From the NCBI GenBank assembly GCA_963805625.1, contig CAWDVE010000010.1, positions 1,504,001 to 1,568,000 on the forward strand: DNA of 64,000 nt, read 5' to 3'. A program made the translations under genes and the position numbers. The notes beneath the pieces were generated by a model, which searched no databases, was not told the origin of the DNA, and saw nothing but the letters and a program-made list of their open reading frames with translations. This document shows positions 29,249 to 39,820 of the stretch, piece by piece. Position 1 is the first letter of the stretch; each line of letters starts with the position of its first letter. Source of the DNA: an uncultured Candidatus Rokubacteria bacterium (GTDB lineage Bacteria; Methylomirabilota; Methylomirabilia; Rokubacteriales; DASRDR01).

Positions 29249-29994
29249 CGGCCGCGCCCGCTCTCGCGCTGGAGGGGCTCCGCCGGAGCTTCGGCGCGCT
29301 GACGGCCGTCAACGGCGTGACCCTGTCGGTGGCGCCGCGCGAGCGACGGGCCATCATCGGGCCCAACGGCGCCGGCAAGACGACGCTGTTCAACCTGATC
29401 ACGGGCCACCTCGCGCCCACCGCCGGGCGCATCCTCTTCGAGGGCGCCCCGATTGCGGGCCTCCCGCCGCACGCGGTGGCGCGCCGCGGCATCTCGCGCT
29501 CGTTCCAGCGCACGAACGTCTTCTCGCGGCTGCCGGTGCGGGAGAACCTCCGGCTCGCCGCCGCCGCCCGGGGCCACGGCAGCTACCGCATGCTCGGCTC
29601 GGTGGACCGCCTCTGGGTGCCAATCGAGCGGGCGCGGGGCGCCGCCGAGGCCGTGGGGCTCACCGAGCGGCTCGACGCGCCGGCCGGTTCCCTCTCGTAC
29701 GGGGAGCAGCGCCAGCTGGAGATCGGGATCGCGCTCGCCACCGACCCGAAGCTCCTCCTCCTCGATGAGCCCACCGCCGGGATGTCGCCCGAGGAGACGC
29801 ACCGCATGACCGAGCTCCTTGCCGGGCTGCCGCGCGCCATCACCCTCCTGATCATCGAACACGACATGGACGTGGTGTTCACGCTCGCCGATCGCATCAC
29901 CGTGCTCCACTACGGGGAGGTGCTGGCCGAGGGCACGGCCACCGAGGTTCGCGCGGACCCACGCGTCTACGAGGTCTACCTCGGTGGACAGTGA
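29245..29994 (+). CDS. livG: Liv-type ABC ATP-binding protein
   Basis: GTGA overlap; GPNGAGKTT, LSYGEQRQLEI, LLLDEPTAG, IEHDMD. Confidence 0.92.
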   Translation: MTAAPALALEGLRRSFGALTAVNGVTLSVAPRERRAIIGPNGAGKTTLFNLITGHLAPTAGRILFEGAPIAGLPPHAVARRGISRSFQRTNVFSRLPVRENLRLAAAARGHGSYRMLGSVDRLWVPIERARGAAEAVGLTERLDAPAGSLSYGEQRQLEIGIALATDPKLLLLDEPTAGMSPEETHRMTELLAGLPRAITLLIIEHDMDVVFTLADRITVLHYGEVLAEGTATEVRADPRVYEVYLGGQ

Positions 29995-29996
29995 CG

Positions 29997-30101
29997 GCGG
30001 TCCGGCTTTGACTTCTGGACGCCTGCCCCGGTTATCGAGGGCTCGACGCCCGAACCTGGACGGCTTGAGACCGGACACCCGGAACGGCAAGGCCCGACCC
30101 T
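29997..30101. repeat. degenerate copy of the GGGGTCAGACTTTGAC inverted-repeat element
   Basis: Left arm GCGGTCCGGCTTTGACTTCTGGAC, right arm CCGGAACGGCAAGGCCCGACCC; fills the livG-livF gap. Confidence 0.55.
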
Positions 30102-30102
30102 G

Positions 30103-30773
<671 letters not shown>

Positions 30774-30792
<19 letters not shown>

Positions 30793-31133
30793 CGGACGGT
30801 CAGGAAATACGCGGCGAGGCCGAGCCACAGGAGGTTCAGCGGATAGAAGAGGTGCAGGTTGGAGATGACCGGGAACCTCGGGTGGGTCCCGCCGCCCAGC
30901 AGGCAGGATCCGGTGCCGATCGTCGGGTCCCAGAGCAAGACCACTCCCCGCTGCAGCCAGTGATAGAAGTGCGGCTCGATGCTGAGCGCGAAATCCCCGG
31001 TCCGGTACTCGCGACCCCAGGGGCGCAGGAGGTTCCAGCACTTGACGACCACCAGCGCGGCGACGACGAGAATGGCGCCGACGTCCGGCAGTTAGGGCCA
31101 TCGTGAAGGCCGGTGCCCACTCTGCTCGCTCAC
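30774..31133 (-). pseudogene. 5' remnant of a YfhO-like (GT-C) membrane protein gene
   Basis: VSEQSGHRPSRWP*LPDVGAILVVAALVV..GDF..LLWDPTIGTG..LFYPLNLL with an in-frame TAA at 31092-31094; truncated after ~115 codons. Confidence 0.55.
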
Positions 31134-31278
31134 GGGCCCCCCAGTGTAGTGCTGGACCGCAAGATCTGGTCCCCCTTCGGTCCGCGCGCCCGACCCGAGA
31201 CCCCGTGCTCGAGGTGCCTCGCCCCCTCCGCCTAGCACGGGCTGGACACGCCGCGGAAGTTCCGGTAACAGAGAGACC

Positions 31279-33354
31279 GTGGCCTTCCGGGTCGGCTTCG
31301 ACGTCGGCGGGACCTTCACCGACTTCGCGCTCCAGGCCGACGACGGGCGTCTCCTCACCGGCAAGCGGCTCACGACGCCAAACGACCCGGCCCGGGCGTG
31401 CGTGGAGGGACTCCGCGAGTTGGTCGCCCGCGCGGGGCTCGGCTGGGCCGACCTCGTCCAGGCCGTACACGGGACCACGCTCGGCTCGAACGTCGTCATC
31501 GAGCGGAAGGGCGGGCACGTCGCCCTCCTGACGACCCGGGGCTTCCGCGACGTCCTGATCATCGGCCGGGAGAAGCGCTACCAGCTCTACGACCTCCTCA
31601 TCCAGAAGCCCGCCCCGCTGGTCCCCCGCTCGCGGATCCGGGAGGTCACCGAGCGGGTGGCTTTCGACGGCGAAGTGCTCGTGCCGCTCGACGAGACCGG
31701 CTTGCGGGAGACCGTCCGGGGTCTCCGCCGGGACGGGGTCGGGTCGATCGCCATCTGCTTCCTGCACTCCTACGTCAACCCGGCGCACGAGCGGCGCGCC
31801 GCCGAGATCGTCCGCGAGGAAGCGCCCGGGGTTGCGATCAGCCTGTCGTCGGAGATCTCGCCCGTCATCCGCGAGTACGAGCGGACCTCGACGACCGTCG
31901 TCAACGCGTACGTGATGACTGCGATGCGCGACTACCTCGGGCGCCTCGAGGAGGCGCTCCGGGCGCTCGACTACCCCGGGCGGCTCTTCGTCATGCAGTC
32001 GGGCGGAGGCATCGCCACCGCGGAGACGATGGCCCGCTTTCCCGTGCGCATGATCGAATCCGGACCGGCCGCCGGCGCCCTCATGGCCGCGGCGTACGGC
32101 AAGCTCACGGGCCACGCCGACCTCGTCGCCTTCGACATGGGCGGGACGACCGCAAAGCTCTCCCTGATCGCGGGCGGCAGCCCTCAGACCATCCGCGAGT
32201 TCGAGCTGCACCGGATCCGGCTCCAGCCCGGGAGCGGCATCCCGATGAACATCCAGGCCATCGACCTGGTCGAGATCGGCGCCGGCGGGGGCTCGATCGC
32301 GCGCGTCGAGACCGGCGTCCTGCGCGTCGGCCCTGACTCCGCGGGCGCCGCGCCGGGGCCCATCTGCTACGGCCTCGGCGGGACCGCACCCACGGTCACC
32401 GACGCCAACCTCGTCCTCGGCTACCTCAACCCCGACTACTTTCTCGGGGGCCGGATGCGGCTCGACGTCGAGGGAGCTCGCCGGGGCGTCGACGGCCACG
32501 TCGCCCGACCGCTCGGCCTCGACGTCGCAGAGGCCGCGTGGGGCATCCACCAGGTGGTGACGACCAACATGGAGCTGGCCACCCGGGTCGTCTCGATCGA
32601 GCGCGGGTACGATCCCCGGCGACTCGCGCTTGCGGCCTTCGGCGGCTCGGGCCCCGTCCACGGCTGCCGGCTCGCTCAGGCGCTCGGCATCCCGCGCGTG
32701 GTCCTGCCCGCGGCGGCCGGGGTCACCTCGGCCATCGGGCTACTCGCCGCCGAGGTGAGGTTCGACCTCTCCCGCTCGTACGTCCGGCGGCTCGACGCGC
32801 TCGACCCGGCGTACCTCGCGCGGATCCTCGCGGAGATGGCCGCTCAGGGCACGACGGTCGTCCGGGAGGCAGGCGTGGGCGGGACGCTCTCGGAGACGCG
32901 GTCCGCCGACATGCGCTACGTCGGGCAGGGATACGAGCTGTCGGTCCCGATCCCCGACGGGCCGGTCGACGGCCGGACGGCCGCCGCCCTCCGCGGCGCC
33001 TTCGACCGCGTCTACGCCCATCGGTACGGCTACTCGGACCCGAAGGCGGGCGTCGAGCTCGTCACCGTCGCGGTCACCGTGATCGGCGCCGGGCTCGACG
33101 TCCGCCTTCCCGAGCAGGCTCCGGGCACCCGCGAGGCCGCGGAGGCCCGGAAGCCGGACCGCCCGGTCTACTTCCCGGAGACTCGCGGCTACGTCCGGTG
33201 CGCGATCTACGACCGGGCACGGCTCCCGGTGGGGGCGACGATCGAGGGACCCGCGATCGTCGAGGAGCCCGAGTCCACGACGGTGCTGCCTCCGGGCGCG
33301 AGAGCCGAGATCGACCGCTGGGCCAACTTGATCGTGGACTTCGGAGGCGGCTGA
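31279..33354 (+). CDS. hydantoinase A / 5-oxoprolinase family subunit
   Basis: DVGGTFTD, HGTT, EYERTSTTVVNAY, ESGPAAG, DMGGTT, GPDSAGAAPGPICY. Confidence 0.93.
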   Translation: MAFRVGFDVGGTFTDFALQADDGRLLTGKRLTTPNDPARACVEGLRELVARAGLGWADLVQAVHGTTLGSNVVIERKGGHVALLTTRGFRDVLIIGREKRYQLYDLLIQKPAPLVPRSRIREVTERVAFDGEVLVPLDETGLRETVRGLRRDGVGSIAICFLHSYVNPAHERRAAEIVREEAPGVAISLSSEISPVIREYERTSTTVVNAYVMTAMRDYLGRLEEALRALDYPGRLFVMQSGGGIATAETMARFPVRMIESGPAAGALMAAAYGKLTGHADLVAFDMGGTTAKLSLIAGGSPQTIREFELHRIRLQPGSGIPMNIQAIDLVEIGAGGGSIARVETGVLRVGPDSAGAAPGPICYGLGGTAPTVTDANLVLGYLNPDYFLGGRMRLDVEGARRGVDGHVARPLGLDVAEAAWGIHQVVTTNMELATRVVSIERGYDPRRLALAAFGGSGPVHGCRLAQALGIPRVVLPAAAGVTSAIGLLAAEVRFDLSRSYVRRLDALDPAYLARILAEMAAQGTTVVREAGVGGTLSETRSADMRYVGQGYELSVPIPDGPVDGRTAAALRGAFDRVYAHRYGYSDPKAGVELVTVAVTVIGAGLDVRLPEQAPGTREAAEARKPDRPVYFPETRGYVRCAIYDRARLPVGATIEGPAIVEEPESTTVLPPGARAEIDRWANLIVDFGGG

Positions 33355-33386
33355 ATGACGACCCGACGCACCCTGGGGCGGAAGCC

Positions 33387-35174
33387 ATGAGCGACGGGCC
33401 GGCTCCGCGGATCGATCCGATCACCCTCAGCGTCATCTGGGGGTCGCTCCAGTCGATCACAGTCGAGGTGGGCACTACCGTGCACCGGACGGCCCACTCC
33501 CAGCAGGCGCGCGAGGGCCAAGACTTCTCCGTGTGCCTCTTCGACCCCGAGGGCCGCATGGTAGCCCAGGGGCCCTACAGCCCGGGGCACATGGGAGCCA
33601 TGTCGTTCGCCGCCAAGAACGCGGTCCAGGCGTTCCCGGGTGACCGGCTCCGACCGGGGGACGTGGTGCTCTTCAACAGCCCGTTCCTCGGCTCCGGGCA
33701 CTTCCCCGACTTCTTCATGATCCAGCCTGCCTTCACCGACGACGGGCGGCTCATCGGCTTCGTCGCCAACATCCTCCACCACACCGACGTGGGCGGCATG
33801 CGGCCCGGCAGCCAGGCCGTCGAGGGCGTGTTCGACTACTTCCAGGAGGGCCTCCACATCCCGCCGGTGAAGCCCTGGAAGGGCGGCGAGGAGCAGGAGG
33901 ACATCCTCGCGATCATCCTCGCGAACACGCGCATGGCGGAGTCGATGCTGGGCGACCTCCGCGCCCAGCGAAACTCGCTGCGGGTGGGCGAGCTCCGGAT
34001 GATCGAGCTCGCGCGCCGGTACGGTCACGAGACTGTCCAGGCGGCGATGGCCGAGATCATGGACCGGACCGAGACCAAGGTGCGCGAGGCGATCCGGACG
34101 ATCCCGAACGGGACGTACGCGTTCGAGGACCACATGGACGACTCGGGGCCGGGCACCCCGCCGATGCGCCTGGCCGTGACGGTCACCGTCCGCGACGACG
34201 ACATCCTGATCGACTTCGACGGCACGGGGCCCCAGACCGAGTCAGGAATGAACTCGTACGTCAACTACACACGCTCGTACTGCTACGCCGCGGTGAAGTG
34301 CCTGACCGATCCCGACGGTCCGCAGAACGACGGCGCCTTCCGGCCCGTGCGGATCGAGGCGCCGCTCGGCTCCTTCCTCAACCCGCGCCCGCCGGCGGGG
34401 GGCGGCCCGCGGGCCGTCTTCTGCTACCGGATCTTCGACGCGGTCATCGGGGCGCTCGCCCCTGCCCTGCCCGACCGGGTCACCGCGGCCGGGTCCCACT
34501 TCGCGAACCCGACGTGCGGCGGCTTCGATCCGCGGCGAAACCGCCGGACGGTCGTCTACGAGCTGATCCTCTCTGGAACCGCGGCCCGGTCCGACCGGGA
34601 CGGCTGCGAGGCCATGTCGATGGCGTTCAATGCCTCGAACATCCCGGTGGAGTCCCAGGAAGCAAACCAGCCTGTCCTCATCGAGCGGTTCGAGCTGATC
34701 CGGGACTCCGCCGGCGCGGGGCGCTTCCGGGGCGGGACCGGAATCCGGCGGGACCTCCGGTTCTTTCTCGAAGGGGGCCGGCTCACCAACAACACCGAGC
34801 GGCACCGCTTCGGGCCGTGGGGCCTCTTCGGCGGGCAGCCGGGCCAGCCCGGCGTCACGCTGGTGAACCCGGGAACGCCCGCGGAGCGCCGCGTCCACTC
34901 CAAGGCCTCCGAGACCGTCGAGCACGGCGACGTCGTCTCGTTCCAGCAGTCCGGGGCCGGCGGGTACGGTCCACCCTGGGAGCGCGATCCGCAGACGGTG
35001 CTCCGCGACGTCCTCGAAGACTACGTGTCGCTCGAGGGCGCGCGACGGGACTACGGTGTCGTCATCGACGCCGCGAGCATGACCGTCGACGGAAGGGCGA
35101 CGGTGGCCGCCCGGACCGTCATGCGCCGACCCGGTCCGCTCCCCACCGTCACCCGCCGGGGGCCGCTGTGGTGA
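33387..35174 (+). CDS. hydantoinase B / 5-oxoprolinase family subunit
   Basis: IDPITLSVIW, HFPD, HHTDVGG, FQEGL, DSAGAGRFRGG, GAGGYGPP. Confidence 0.93.
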   Translation: MSDGPAPRIDPITLSVIWGSLQSITVEVGTTVHRTAHSQQAREGQDFSVCLFDPEGRMVAQGPYSPGHMGAMSFAAKNAVQAFPGDRLRPGDVVLFNSPFLGSGHFPDFFMIQPAFTDDGRLIGFVANILHHTDVGGMRPGSQAVEGVFDYFQEGLHIPPVKPWKGGEEQEDILAIILANTRMAESMLGDLRAQRNSLRVGELRMIELARRYGHETVQAAMAEIMDRTETKVREAIRTIPNGTYAFEDHMDDSGPGTPPMRLAVTVTVRDDDILIDFDGTGPQTESGMNSYVNYTRSYCYAAVKCLTDPDGPQNDGAFRPVRIEAPLGSFLNPRPPAGGGPRAVFCYRIFDAVIGALAPALPDRVTAAGSHFANPTCGGFDPRRNRRTVVYELILSGTAARSDRDGCEAMSMAFNASNIPVESQEANQPVLIERFELIRDSAGAGRFRGGTGIRRDLRFFLEGGRLTNNTERHRFGPWGLFGGQPGQPGVTLVNPGTPAERRVHSKASETVEHGDVVSFQQSGAGGYGPPWERDPQTVLRDVLEDYVSLEGARRDYGVVIDAASMTVDGRATVAARTVMRRPGPLPTVTRRGPLW

Positions 35175-35236
35175 CGTGGTGGCAGAGGTCGTGACCCCAT
35201 GGTTCAATGGCCGTGATGCCTGCGTGGAGGTGGACC

Positions 35237-35608
35237 ATGACCCGACCGACGATCCTCGGCACGATCCGGCCCGCGGCCGGGCTTGCTCTCGTACTGACGC
35301 TTGCCACTGCCGCCGTCGCGCACCACGGGTGGAGCGGGTATGACGTCACCAAGCCCCTGACGGTCACCGGGACGATCAAGGAAGCCGGCTACGAGCACCC
35401 GCACGGCTTCGTACGCCTGCAGTCGCCCGACAAGGCGTGGGTGGTGACCCTGGCGCCCCCGTCGCGGATGGAGAACCGGGGGCTCCCGGCGGCGACGCTC
35501 AAGCCGGGCACGACGGCGACGGTGATGGGCTATGCCAGCCGGACCAACCTGGACGAGATGCGCGCGGAGTGGATCGCGATCGACGGCAAGACCACCCAGT
35601 TGCGCTAG
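35237..35608 (+). CDS. DUF6152-like exported protein
   Basis: GGAGG RBS; signal peptide ending AVA, then HHGWSGYD, TVTGTI, EHPH, LKPG. Confidence 0.75.
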   Translation: MTRPTILGTIRPAAGLALVLTLATAAVAHHGWSGYDVTKPLTVTGTIKEAGYEHPHGFVRLQSPDKAWVVTLAPPSRMENRGLPAATLKPGTTATVMGYASRTNLDEMRAEWIAIDGKTTQLR

Positions 35609-35636
35609 TGCGTACGTCGGCAACCGGCGCGCGCTA

Positions 35637-36131
35637 GTGCATCCGCCCGAGGGCCCGGCCTGGCTGGTCGCGCTCGAGACGAGCGGATTCGCCCAGGCCA
35701 TGCGGCACTGGCTCTGGCTCTATCCGGTCGTCGAGATCATGCACATCCTGGGTTTCGTCCTGCTGGTGGGCGCAGCGGTGATGTTCGACCTGCGCCTCCT
35801 CGGGGTCTCGGCCCGCATCCCGGTCTCTGACCTGGCCCGCCATCTGCTCCCGTGGTCCCGGATCGGGCTCTTGCTGGTCGCGTCGTCGGGACTCGCCATG
35901 TTCTCGGCACACGCGACCGAGTGGATCGCCAATCCGGCGTTCTGGGTCAAGCTGTCCCTGATCGCACTGGCCGGGCTCAATGCCTGGGCATTCCACCGGT
36001 TCACGTTCAGGTCGGTCGCGACCTGGGACCGGCGCGCCGCGGCACCGGCCGCCGCGCGGATCTCGGCGATCGCGTCGCTCGCGCTGTGGGTGGGCGTCAT
36101 CACCTGCGGGCGACTGCTCGCCTATCTCTGA
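35637..36131 (+). CDS. DUF6644-like 4-TM membrane protein
   Basis: YPVVEIMHILG..FDLRLLG..NPAFWVKL..GLNAWAFH..SLALW..GRLLAY. Confidence 0.8.
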   Translation: MHPPEGPAWLVALETSGFAQAMRHWLWLYPVVEIMHILGFVLLVGAAVMFDLRLLGVSARIPVSDLARHLLPWSRIGLLLVASSGLAMFSAHATEWIANPAFWVKLSLIALAGLNAWAFHRFTFRSVATWDRRAAAPAAARISAIASLALWVGVITCGRLLAYL

Positions 36132-36147
36132 CGCCTCCAACGCTCGC

Positions 36148-37041
36148 GTGTCCTCCGCCGAGCTGGTGCTGCTCACCGCGAACGCGGTGTACGGCACCGC
36201 CTACGTCGCGATGCGGCCCGCCGTCGACGTGTTCGGACCCGTCACCCTCGCCTTTCTCCGGCTGGCCATCGCATTCGCCATCGTCGCCCCGCTCGGTCTC
36301 CGGGCGCGCGGCGCGGGGACGGCGTCGCTCCGGGACGCCGATCGCCGCGCCCTCTTCTGGATGGGCTTCACCGGGTTCACGCTGGCGATGGCGCTCACGC
36401 ACTGGGGCCTCGCGTGGTCGACGGCGACCAACGCGGCACTCCTGATCGCCACCGAGCCGATCGCTCTCGTCGTCCTCGCGCCGATCGTGCTCGGCGAGCA
36501 TCTCACCCGGCGGGAAGGCTGGGGCACCGCCCTCGCCCTACTTGGCGCGACCGTCATCGTCGTCAACGGCGTGCCCGGCCTCACCGTCGCGCTCGCGCCG
36601 CACTGGCGCGGGGATCTCCTGCTCCTGCTCTCGGGCGTCTGCTTCGCCGCGTACTCGCTGCTCGGCCGCCCGGTGCTCGCCCGTCACCCGAGCATCCGGG
36701 TCACGGCGTGGTCCTTCCTCTGGGGCGTGGTCACGACGGCGCCGCTCGCCGCCGTCGAATGGCAGGTCGGAGGGCGGTCCCCCTGGACGGCGGCGAGCGT
36801 GGCCGCCGTGCTCTACCTGGGGATCGTGATCACGGGACTCGGGTATCTCGTCTGGAACTGGGCGCTCGAGCGGGTCGCCGCATCGCGCGCGGCGATCTAT
36901 CTGAACGTCCAGCCGCTCGTCGGCGCGCTGCTCGGCGTCGTGTGGCTCGGCGAGCCCCTGTCCGTCTTCACCGTCGCCGGCGGGGCTCTCGTTGTCCTGG
37001 GGCTCTGGCTCGCCGTAATCGGCCGCCCGGTCTCAGGGTGA
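36148..37041 (+). CDS. DMT/EamA family transporter
   Basis: ~10 TM segments in two EamA repeats (GPVTLAFLRLA, LGEHLT, YLNVQP, LGEPL). Confidence 0.9.
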   Translation: MSSAELVLLTANAVYGTAYVAMRPAVDVFGPVTLAFLRLAIAFAIVAPLGLRARGAGTASLRDADRRALFWMGFTGFTLAMALTHWGLAWSTATNAALLIATEPIALVVLAPIVLGEHLTRREGWGTALALLGATVIVVNGVPGLTVALAPHWRGDLLLLLSGVCFAAYSLLGRPVLARHPSIRVTAWSFLWGVVTTAPLAAVEWQVGGRSPWTAASVAAVLYLGIVITGLGYLVWNWALERVAASRAAIYLNVQPLVGALLGVVWLGEPLSVFTVAGGALVVLGLWLAVIGRPVSG

Positions 37042-37734
37042 CGCTTCCGGTCCCAGGCGACGGCGCGCCTCGGCGAAGACGGCCTCGAACATCGGCCACG
37101 TGAGCCTTCCCGTCTGCGTGTTCTGACGGCTCGGATGGTAGGTCCCCAGCAAGGCGACGCCCCAGGGCAGATCGACGGCCGCGCCGTGAGCGAATCGGGG
37201 GCGAGGCCGGGGTACGGGCAGCCCGATGGCGGCGGCCGCGCCCAGGTAGGCGTCGAAGCCGATCCGTCCGAGGCCGAGCACGACGCGGACATGCCGCAGC
37301 CTCGGCAGCTCCTCCCGGAGATACCCCGCGCACCGGCGGAGCTCGGGCGGGGCCGGCCGGTTGTCGGGCGGGACGCAGTGGAGCGCCGCCGTGATGTAGG
37401 CCTCGACGAGCCGGAAGCCGTCGCCCCGCTGGTGCGAGGTGGATTGCGTCGCGAAGCCGTGGGCGTGGAGGGCCCGCGCGACCCACTCGCCGCTCCCGCC
37501 CGCCGCGTCGCCGGTGAACATGCGGCCGGTGCGGTTCCCGCCGTGGGCGGCCGGGGCGAGCCCGACCAGGAGGAACCGGGCCGACGCGTCCCCGAGGCTC
37601 GGCACCGGGCGCGCCCAGTAGGTCTCGTCGCGGAATCGCCGCGGCGGAGAGGCCGCCACCGCCTCGCGATACCGCACGAGCCTCGGGCAGCGCCGGCAGG
37701 CAACGATCCGCGCCTGCAGGTCACGCAGCGCCAT
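37033..37734 (-). CDS. udgB: uracil-DNA glycosylase, family 5 (UdgB type, 4Fe-4S)
   Basis: CRRCPRL, GLAPAAHGGNRTGRMFTGD, HCVPPDN, YHPSRQNT. Confidence 0.9.
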   Translation of the reverse strand: MALRDLQARIVACRRCPRLVRYREAVAASPPRRFRDETYWARPVPSLGDASARFLLVGLAPAAHGGNRTGRMFTGDAAGGSGEWVARALHAHGFATQSTSHQRGDGFRLVEAYITAALHCVPPDNRPAPPELRRCAGYLREELPRLRHVRVVLGLGRIGFDAYLGAAAAIGLPVPRPRPRFAHGAAVDLPWGVALLGTYHPSRQNTQTGRLTWPMFEAVFAEARRRLGPEASP

Positions 37735-37891
37735 CAGACGTCATGATAGACTGCGCGGCGTTCGCACGCTCCGCGGCTCGAACGATCGGCGGCGCGGACG
37801 ATCCAATGCCCAGCATGCCCGACTCGATCCGCCGGCTCGCCTCACCAGCTGCCCCGGATCGCTCGTTCACGCGGAGCGAAGGGAGGCCCTG

Positions 37892-38791
37892 ATGGTGCCG
37901 GCGCTCATCGTCCACGGGGGGGCGGGCGGCGACCCCGACGACAAGCCGCTGTACCGGGAGGCCCTGGGCGAGGCCCTCGCGCGGGGATGGGCGATCCTCC
38001 GCCGCGGCGGCGCGGCGCTGGACGCGATCGAGGCCACCATCCAGGCCATGGAAGACCATCCGCGCCTGAACGCCGGCTATGGCTCGGCCCTGACGGAACG
38101 GGGAACGGTGGAGTGCGACGCATCCATCATGGAAGGCGACGCGCTCCAGGCCGGCGCGGTGGGCGCCGTGAGTGGCGTCCGGAGCGCCATTGGGCTCGCG
38201 CGACGGATCCTCGAGGACGGCCGCCACATCCTCTTCGTCGGCGACGGCGCGCTGGCCTTCGCGCGCGATCAAGGTCTCCCGCTGTGCGCACCGGACGCCC
38301 TCGTGACCGACCGACAGCGACGAAACCTGGCCATGCACCTGGCGGCGCGCCAGGAGGCCGGCGCCCCGCAGGCCTCCGGAGCGGTTGGAGGCACCGTGGG
38401 CGCCGTGGCGATCGATGTCCACGGGCGTATCGTCGCCGGCACCTCGACAGGGGGCTACACGGGCAAGCGGCCCGGCCGCGTCGGGGACTCCGCCCTGATC
38501 GGCGCTGGCACGTACGCCGACAGCCGGCTCGGCGGCGTGTCGACGACGGGGCACGGCGAGGCGTTCATCCGCACGGTACTGGCCAAGACCGCGCTCGACA
38601 TCCTGAGGGAGCTGGACGATCCCCAGCTGGCCGCGGAGGTCTCCCTCGACATCGTCCGGGAGGACGGACGCGGGAACGGCGGGTTGATCCTCATGGACTG
38701 GCGTGGCCGCTTCGCGTACGCCCACTCCACGGTGTTCATGCCGGTCGGCTGGTGCCTGGCGACGGCAACCGAGCCCGTCCTCCCCTTCTAG
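37892..38791 (+). CDS. iaaA: isoaspartyl peptidase / L-asparaginase (Ntn hydrolase)
   Basis: IVHGGAG, NAGYGS, ECDASIM, autocleavage site GTVGAVA, TSTGG, GRVGDS, TGHGE. Confidence 0.92.
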   Translation: MVPALIVHGGAGGDPDDKPLYREALGEALARGWAILRRGGAALDAIEATIQAMEDHPRLNAGYGSALTERGTVECDASIMEGDALQAGAVGAVSGVRSAIGLARRILEDGRHILFVGDGALAFARDQGLPLCAPDALVTDRQRRNLAMHLAARQEAGAPQASGAVGGTVGAVAIDVHGRIVAGTSTGGYTGKRPGRVGDSALIGAGTYADSRLGGVSTTGHGEAFIRTVLAKTALDILRELDDPQLAAEVSLDIVREDGRGNGGLILMDWRGRFAYAHSTVFMPVGWCLATATEPVLPF

Positions 38792-38954
38792 TTATTGAGG
38801 ATTTGATAAGTAGTGGATACAGTCTTGGCACACGGAACGGGGGCGCGTGTCTCCAGCCCAGCGAGGCGCCCAAGCTGCAGTAGTGCCGAGCCGACCCGAT
38901 CCAGCCTCCCGACGGTGACACGCGAGCCGACGACCTACACCGACCGAGCGTTGC

Positions 38955-39119
38955 ATTGGCGACGACGACGGGGTCGTGGTGGTGCCGAGGGAGCAGGTCT
39001 CCGCCGTGGCCGACCGCATCCGCCTGATCCACGAGCGAGAGGAGCAGGTCAAGAAGGCGCTCGCGGCCGGCCAGACGACGGTTGACATCCTGGGGCTCCG
39101 CGCCAAGCTCCCGCAGTAG
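38955..39119 (+). pseudogene. C-terminal remnant of an RraA/HMG-aldolase family gene
   Basis: IGDDDGVVVVPRE...EREEQVKKALAAGQTTVDILGL; no recognisable N-terminal part or start codon. Confidence 0.65.
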
Positions 39120-39164
39120 CCGCCCCGCCGGTGCCTCCGGAGCTGGCAGGCCGGGACCGACCGC

Positions 39165-39791
39165 TCAGGCTGGCAGCGCTGCCGCGATTCGCTCGCGAGC
39201 CAGTGCCATCAGGAGGTCGGGCCGAGCCTTGCGATCGGCGTCAGGCGGGAGGGCGGACCCGTCGAGCGGCGCGTGATACGTGACGACGATCCGGCCCGGA
39301 CGCGGGAGACGCCGCTGCGCCGGCCAGGCCTCGAACGCGCCGGCGATCGTGACAGGCACCACCGGGGCCCCGGTGGCGAGCGCGAGCCGGAACGCGCCCG
39401 GGCGGAAGGCTTGAAGCCGCCCGTCGGGCGAGCGGCCGCCCTCGGGAAAGATCACGAGCGGCTCCCCCTGTCGCAGAACCCGCAGCGCTCGGCGGACGGC
39501 CGGGTTGTCTGGCTCCCCCTCCTGGATCGGGAAGGCGCGGGCCCACCGCATCAGCGCCCCCAGTCCCCGGATCCGGAAGAACGGCTCGAGCGCCATGTAG
39601 TGGAGGGTCCGGCGGATCGGAATGGTCACCAGGATAGGATCCATGAACGAGACGTGGTTCGGCGTGATGACGACCGGCCCGCCCCGCGGGACGTGCTCGA
39701 CGCCTTCGAAGCGGATGCGGAAGAGCCCCCGCGCCGTGGCCCACACGCCGGGCCGGCATGCCTCGAGGAACCAGAAAGGAACCGGGCCCAC
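39165..39791 (-). CDS. plsC: 1-acyl-sn-glycerol-3-phosphate acyltransferase
   Basis: NHVSFMD (HxxxxD), FPEGGRS, GAFRLA, PVVPV. Confidence 0.88.
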   Translation of the reverse strand: MGPVPFWFLEACRPGVWATARGLFRIRFEGVEHVPRGGPVVITPNHVSFMDPILVTIPIRRTLHYMALEPFFRIRGLGALMRWARAFPIQEGEPDNPAVRRALRVLRQGEPLVIFPEGGRSPDGRLQAFRPGAFRLALATGAPVVPVTIAGAFEAWPAQRRLPRPGRIVVTYHAPLDGSALPPDADRKARPDLLMALARERIAAALPA

Positions 39792-39820
39792 GCTCTCATC
39801 GTGACACGCCGGCTCGGGCC

